From Parcubacteria group bacterium (GTDB lineage: Bacteria; Patescibacteriota; Minisyncoccia; Phycocordibacterales; CALRHW01): a stretch of 48,294 nt of DNA. This document shows, in pieces, positions 43,814 through 48,294 of this stretch. The translations under genes were made by a program, and so were the position numbers. The notes beneath the pieces are model-generated. The model did no database searches. It saw nothing but the letters and a program-made list of their open reading frames with translations, and had not been told where the DNA came from. Within the stretch, counting starts at the first letter, position 1, and the number at the start of each line of letters is the position of its first letter. The stretch is from positions 1 through 48,294 of the forward strand of contig JBCLGW010000002.1 in assembly GCA_039740835.1 (NCBI GenBank), written 5' to 3'.

Positions 43814-44566
43814 ATGAAACCACTTGATCAAATGTCAAAAAATGACATAAGAAGAATAAAAATGATTGTTTTTGATGTGGATGGAGTGATTGTCCCGCGT
43901 GGCACAAAAATAAAACAAGTAGGTCACACCACCACTTTTCACACCAAAGTAATAGCCCCAAAACAAATTGAACAAATCAAAAAACTTTACAAAAATGGAT
44001 TCTTAATAAATATTTCCTCTGGTCGAGGTCTGTATATGCTCCAAGAAATGTTTCGCGAAATTCTTCCTTATATCAGTTTAACTTATGAATCTGGTAGTGC
44101 CACTTGGTATAAAGGAAAAATTTATCAGCATGTAAATAGTTTTTTTCAAACAAAAAATATTTTTCCAAAACTTCAAAAAATTGCTAGCAAAAACAAGGGA
44201 ATAAAAGGCTTTGAGCCCAAAGAATTTATTATAACTTTGCACTGCAAAAAAAAGATAAAAAGCGTTGAGGATGTGGTGAAAAAAGAGAAAGGCCTTTGTA
44301 CTAAATGGAATGGCGAAGCTTATGATGTTTTAATCAACAAGTATCAAACAAAAGCTATTGGCTTAAAGCATGTAATGAATATTTTTAAAATAAAAAAGGA
44401 AAATGTTATGGCTATTGGCGATAATTACAATGACCACGAATTACTCCAAGCAAGCGGAATGCCAATCTCAGCTGATAAAACAAGAGTAAATGGCCAGTTC
44501 TATGTTCCATTAAGAGGTAAGTTTCTTCCTGCAGATAAACTGATGCAGAAAATCCTGTCTTTTTAA
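43814..44566 (+). CDS. HAD-superfamily (Cof-type) sugar-phosphate phosphatase
   Basis: Motif I FDVDGVIV, motif II ISSGRG, and motif IV GDNYNDHELL. Confidence 0.8.
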   Translation: MKPLDQMSKNDIRRIKMIVFDVDGVIVPRGTKIKQVGHTTTFHTKVIAPKQIEQIKKLYKNGFLINISSGRGLYMLQEMFREILPYISLTYESGSATWYKGKIYQHVNSFFQTKNIFPKLQKIASKNKGIKGFEPKEFIITLHCKKKIKSVEDVVKKEKGLCTKWNGEAYDVLINKYQTKAIGLKHVMNIFKIKKENVMAIGDNYNDHELLQASGMPISADKTRVNGQFYVPLRGKFLPADKLMQKILSF

Positions 44567-44623
44567 TGTATAATATAGTACTCATTATGAAGACGAATAC
44601 GGCATAGTAATAGCAAAATAATT

Positions 44624-45757
44624 ATGGCAAAAGTAACAAAACAAAAGAAAATAAAAGCCCCCAAGAAAATTCTAAAAAAGAAGATAACTCTTAAAAAGAA
44701 AATAGTTGTTTTAAAAGTTGTTGCCAAAAAGAAAGCGAAAAAAACTACCAAAATTCTTGAGCGCTTTGTGGGCAATCCTGTAATTTTTCCTGTTACTAGT
44801 ACATATTGGGAATCAAAAGCGACATTCAATCCGACTGCCTTTATCAATAATGGCATAGTGCATTTGATTTACCGTGCCATAGGTTTGGGCGATATGTCTA
44901 CCTTGGGATATGCCAGAAGTGATGACGGCTATAATATTTCCGAGCGATCCTTCAAGCCCATCTTTGCCCACAAGCATTCTCACTTTTCTCGCCCACCCCA
45001 CGACTCTTTTTTTTATAGTTCTGGTGGCGGGGGCAATGGTGGAGCAGAAGATCCGCGTATTACAAAAATCGGCGATATGCTCTATATGACCTACACTGCT
45101 TTCAATGGCTGGGGTTCTGTACGTATTGGGCTCACCTCCATAACCTTGGAAGATTTTTTACATAAAAGATGGAATAAATGGAAACTCCCAGTGCTTATTT
45201 CGCCGCCGGGAGAAATTCATAAAAACTGGGTAATTTTCCCAGAGAAAATAAATGGCAAGTACGCTGTTTGGCACAGTTTTTCTCCTAAAATTCTTATTGA
45301 TTATTTTGATTCTTTAAACGAACTTGACGGCACTAAATTTATCCAGAGCAATAATATTAGGCCAATAGACCCCAGTCGTACTTGGGATAGCTGGTTTAGG
45401 GGCATTGGTTCTGCTCCGATAAAAACAAAATACGGCTGGCTTGTTATTTATCATGCCATGGATCACCGAAATCCTGATCGATATAGAATGGGGGCACTAA
45501 TTTTAGATTTAAAAGATCCCACTAAAATACTTTATCGTTCTAACAAACCAATTTTAGAGCCAAAATCTTTTTATGAAAATGAAGGGCTAAAGTGGGGCGT
45601 CGTGTATTCCTGTGGAGCCGTAGTAAAAGATGGAGATTTATTTGTGTATTATGGCGGAGCGGATATGGTTTGTGCTGTGGCTACTGCAAACTTGGATTTA
45701 TTTTTAAAAGAGTTGATGTCGTCTGGTATTACTACCCTAAAGAAAGATAAAAATTAA
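44624..45757 (+). CDS. GH130-family glycoside phosphorylase/hydrolase (DUF377-type) with a Lys-rich N-terminal extension
   Basis: GNPVIFP...WESKATFNPTAF...LIYRA, GAEDPRITKIGDMLYMTYTAFNG, and VYYGGADMVCA. The first ~45 aa are about half Lys. Confidence 0.8.
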   Translation: MAKVTKQKKIKAPKKILKKKITLKKKIVVLKVVAKKKAKKTTKILERFVGNPVIFPVTSTYWESKATFNPTAFINNGIVHLIYRAIGLGDMSTLGYARSDDGYNISERSFKPIFAHKHSHFSRPPHDSFFYSSGGGGNGGAEDPRITKIGDMLYMTYTAFNGWGSVRIGLTSITLEDFLHKRWNKWKLPVLISPPGEIHKNWVIFPEKINGKYAVWHSFSPKILIDYFDSLNELDGTKFIQSNNIRPIDPSRTWDSWFRGIGSAPIKTKYGWLVIYHAMDHRNPDRYRMGALILDLKDPTKILYRSNKPILEPKSFYENEGLKWGVVYSCGAVVKDGDLFVYYGGADMVCAVATANLDLFLKELMSSGITTLKKDKN

Positions 45758-45758
45758 A

Positions 45759-47696
45759 ATGTTTGTCGTAAAAAGATTTGAGCACAATCCGATTTTAGTT
45801 CCAAATAGAGACCATTATTGGGAAAATTTTGCCGTGTTTAATCTGTGTCCTATAGTACACAACAAAACCACTTACGGGCTTTATCGGGCGATCTCGGCAG
45901 TAGATGCGCTTCGGAGCCAGCATCAAATCTCGGTTATTGGTATTGCCGAATCTAAAGACGGAGTACATTTCAGAAATAATTCTCAATTTATCACTCCAAC
46001 AGAAGAATGGGACAAATTTGGTTGCGAAGATCCACGAGTCACATATTTTGAAGGTACTTTCTACACTTTTTACACAGCTATTTCCAAATATCCTTTTGAA
46101 CCTAGCGGTATTAAAGTGGCCGTGGCACTTTCGCGTGATTTAAAGAAAGTGGATAAACAGCATTTGGTTACCCCTTTTAATGCTAAAGCTATGACCCTTT
46201 TTCCGGAACGGATAGGCGGAAAAATTGCGGTAATTTTTTCGGCTCATACTGATTCACTACCAGCTAAAATGGCAATTGCCACAGTAGACAAAATAGAAGA
46301 TCTTTGGGATGTGAAATTTTGGGAAAACTGGGAAAAAAATATTGATGATTATGCAATTGATCCGCGACGTAATAAATATGACCATGTGGAAGTGGGAGCC
46401 CCTCCGATAAAAACAAAATACGGCTGGCTCTTAATCTATTCTCATATCCAAAATTATTTTGAAACACCAGAGCATCTGGATAGAATTTTCGGCGTGGAGG
46501 CACTTTTGCTTGATTTAGAGGATCCTAGGAAAATTATTGGTCGAACCCGCGGGCCATTACTTGTCCCAGAAGAGCCGTATGAACTTTCTGGTTTTGTGCC
46601 AAATGTCATTTTCCCAACTGGAGCAATTATAAAGAAAGACATACTCACTATCTATTATGGAGCAGCCGATATGACTGTTTGCTCGGCCAATGTTTCTTTT
46701 AATGATTTGATTGGAAGTATGTGTAAAGAACAGAGAGACCGTTTTTATTTCAAGCGTTTTGCCGGCAATCCAGTCATTACTCCAAAATCTGAAAATGTAA
46801 GTTCATGGGAAGCCAAAGCGACGTTTAATCCTGGAACGATAGATCTTGATGGTAAAACGCACATAGTTTATCGGGCACTTTCCAACGACAACACTTCTAC
46901 TTTCGGTTATGCGGCCACCCAAAACGGTACAGACTTGGTAGAGCGTCTAGCTGAACCGATATATGTGCCACGTGAGGAATTTGAAAATAAAAAAATAAAT
47001 AATGGGAATTCAGGTTGCGAGGATCCACGACTAACCAAAATCGGCAAAAATATTTACATCTGCTATACGGCTTTTGATGGCATTGGCCCACCCCGCGTGG
47101 CTATCTCATCTATCACCGAAAAAGATTTTCTCGCTCATAAATGGAAATGGGAAAAGCCGATGCTCATTACTCCGCAGGGTTTTGATGACAAGGATGCCTG
47201 TCTTTTTCCAAATAAGTTTCCTGCCGGCTACTTGGTTTTGCATCGCGTTGGTAATGAAATTTGCGGAGATTATTTAAAATCTTTAGACTTTAAAAATGAA
47301 ACAGTAAAAAAATGCATTCGGATTATGGGTCCGCGGGTAAATAAGTGGGACAGCGCAAAAGTCGGCATCGCTGCGCCACCGCTAAAGACTAAATATGGCT
47401 GGCTTTTGATTTACCACGGAGTGTCAAAGAGCCACAGCACTTATCGATTGGGTGCAGTACTTTTAGACCTGAAAGATCCAGCGATAGTCCTTGCTCGCAG
47501 TACCGAGCCCATTTTTGAACCAGAAGAAGAATACGAAAAAGTTGGTATAGTAAACAATGTAGTTTTTCCTTGTGGTATGGCTGTACGAAAAGATTTACTT
47601 TATATATATTACGGCGGAGCAGATAAAGTCGTAGGAGTGGCTTCTATGGAGCTTGATATTATTTTAGATTCTCTCGTGCGTAGCATGAAATACTAA
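45759..47696 (+). CDS. tandem double GH130-family protein (645 aa)
   Basis: Two complete modules. Module 1 has HNPILVP, CEDPRVTYFEGTFYTFYTA and IYYGAADMTV. Module 2 has GNPVITP...WEAKATFNPG, CEDPRLTKIGKNIYICYTAFDG and IYYGGADKVV. Confidence 0.85.
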   Translation: MFVVKRFEHNPILVPNRDHYWENFAVFNLCPIVHNKTTYGLYRAISAVDALRSQHQISVIGIAESKDGVHFRNNSQFITPTEEWDKFGCEDPRVTYFEGTFYTFYTAISKYPFEPSGIKVAVALSRDLKKVDKQHLVTPFNAKAMTLFPERIGGKIAVIFSAHTDSLPAKMAIATVDKIEDLWDVKFWENWEKNIDDYAIDPRRNKYDHVEVGAPPIKTKYGWLLIYSHIQNYFETPEHLDRIFGVEALLLDLEDPRKIIGRTRGPLLVPEEPYELSGFVPNVIFPTGAIIKKDILTIYYGAADMTVCSANVSFNDLIGSMCKEQRDRFYFKRFAGNPVITPKSENVSSWEAKATFNPGTIDLDGKTHIVYRALSNDNTSTFGYAATQNGTDLVERLAEPIYVPREEFENKKINNGNSGCEDPRLTKIGKNIYICYTAFDGIGPPRVAISSITEKDFLAHKWKWEKPMLITPQGFDDKDACLFPNKFPAGYLVLHRVGNEICGDYLKSLDFKNETVKKCIRIMGPRVNKWDSAKVGIAAPPLKTKYGWLLIYHGVSKSHSTYRLGAVLLDLKDPAIVLARSTEPIFEPEEEYEKVGIVNNVVFPCGMAVRKDLLYIYYGGADKVVGVASMELDIILDSLVRSMKY

Positions 47697-47793
47697 AGGT
47701 GTATGGAATTTGATTATACAGTCAATCTACCGACGTTTCCATTATTTCCGGTATGTGTCCGATTGTTTATTGATTTTTTAATATAATAGACAT

Positions 47794-48294
47794 ATGCAAT
47801 CTTTCAAACAGGTAATAAAAAAAACAATAAAAGAAGTGCCGATACTGCCACTTGAGAGCACGATTTTTGACGCTAAAAAATTTCTAGCTGAAAAAATTTC
47901 CGCGCTGGAAACGATTAATTATTTTTATGTCGTTGATGGCGAAGGGAAATTAGTCGGAGTTTTTTCGATGAAAGAAATTTATAATCACCCTGATTCTTTT
48001 AAGGTCAAAAACCTGATGCAAACTAAAATTTTTAAAGTCCTGCCGGAGGCTCACCAAGAAGAGGCGGTGATATTGGCCTTGAAGCACAATTTTAAAGCCA
48101 TTCCGGTGGTTGATAAAGATGAACATTTTTTGGGCGTTGTTCCATCAGATGTAATTTTAAATATTTTACATTCCGAGCATGTTGAGGATTTTCTAAAATC
48201 CGTTGGTCTGGTCGGGCAATTCACCAATCTTGAAACCAGTTCTTCTTGGGCCTTGGTCAAAGCGCGAATTCCTTGGCTCATTTTTGGACTGCTG
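47794..48294 (+). CDS. mgtE: magnesium transporter MgtE-like, 5' part (runs off the window end)
   Basis: A CBS pair (FYVVDGEGKLVGVFSMKEI; IPVVDKDEHFLGVVPSDVI) is followed by VKARIPWLIFGLL, the entry to the TM domain. TATAAT ends 6 nt upstream of the ATG. Confidence 0.7.
   Translation, partial: MQSFKQVIKKTIKEVPILPLESTIFDAKKFLAEKISALETINYFYVVDGEGKLVGVFSMKEIYNHPDSFKVKNLMQTKIFKVLPEAHQEEAVILALKHNFKAIPVVDKDEHFLGVVPSDVILNILHSEHVEDFLKSVGLVGQFTNLETSSSWALVKARIPWLIFGLL

Noticed and set aside
44563-44856. 97-aa minus-strand ORF
   Set aside because: It is antisense to the Lys-rich (AAA/AAG) extension of the GH130 gene, which makes a Phe-rich shadow ORF.

Overview
AT-rich, tightly packed bacterial chromosome segment. 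GC is roughly one third in most 60-nt lines I sampled. I call about 50 protein genes and one tRNA-Ala(UGC). I found no rRNA, CRISPR array, intact transposase or integrase, or reverse transcriptase. The gene content fits a streamlined Patescibacteria/CPR-like organism, but this is inference only: shortened ValRS and UvrC, many membrane-anchored hypotheticals, an RRM protein, GH130 modules, and -10 boxes close to start codons. Layout: (1) 1-24.6 kb is mostly housekeeping: an ABC-F ATPase, valS, a pseudouridine synthase, an RRM protein, a DEAD-box helicase, TrmH, NDH-2, PCD, LOG, FKBP, tgt, then uvrB, a histidine kinase, a double-REC regulator, uvrA, uvrC and ddl. This part also holds one GC-rich cysteine-rich orphan gene and two very long hairpin repeats. 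(2) 24.6-34.2 kb is a mosaic accessory locus centred on tRNA-Ala, with three separate rearrangement signatures. First, 121-bp direct repeats carry the ddl 3' end plus a promoter and flank a peptidoglycan-binding gene. Second, a GC-rich two-gene cell-wall island sits between inverted repeats of about 100 bp and is preceded by a structured RNA leader. Third, a 4.3-kb four-gene cassette has perfect 39-bp inverted ends and a 9-bp flanking direct repeat, an empty-site paralogue exists in the window, and a serine-recombinase-like gene remnant lies beside it. I rate the third as the most novel candidate. (3) 34.2-48.3 kb carries an ANT-like nucleotidyltransferase, a large polytopic membrane protein paired with a thrombospondin-type-3-repeat protein, a five-gene membrane/methyltransferase/hydrolase (lipid-type) cluster, a DoxX/cupredoxin/Cys-rich trio, a nucleotidyltransferase/HAD/triple-GH130 glycan cluster, and a partial mgtE. 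All functional calls come from motifs read by eye in the supplied translations. No database search was run.
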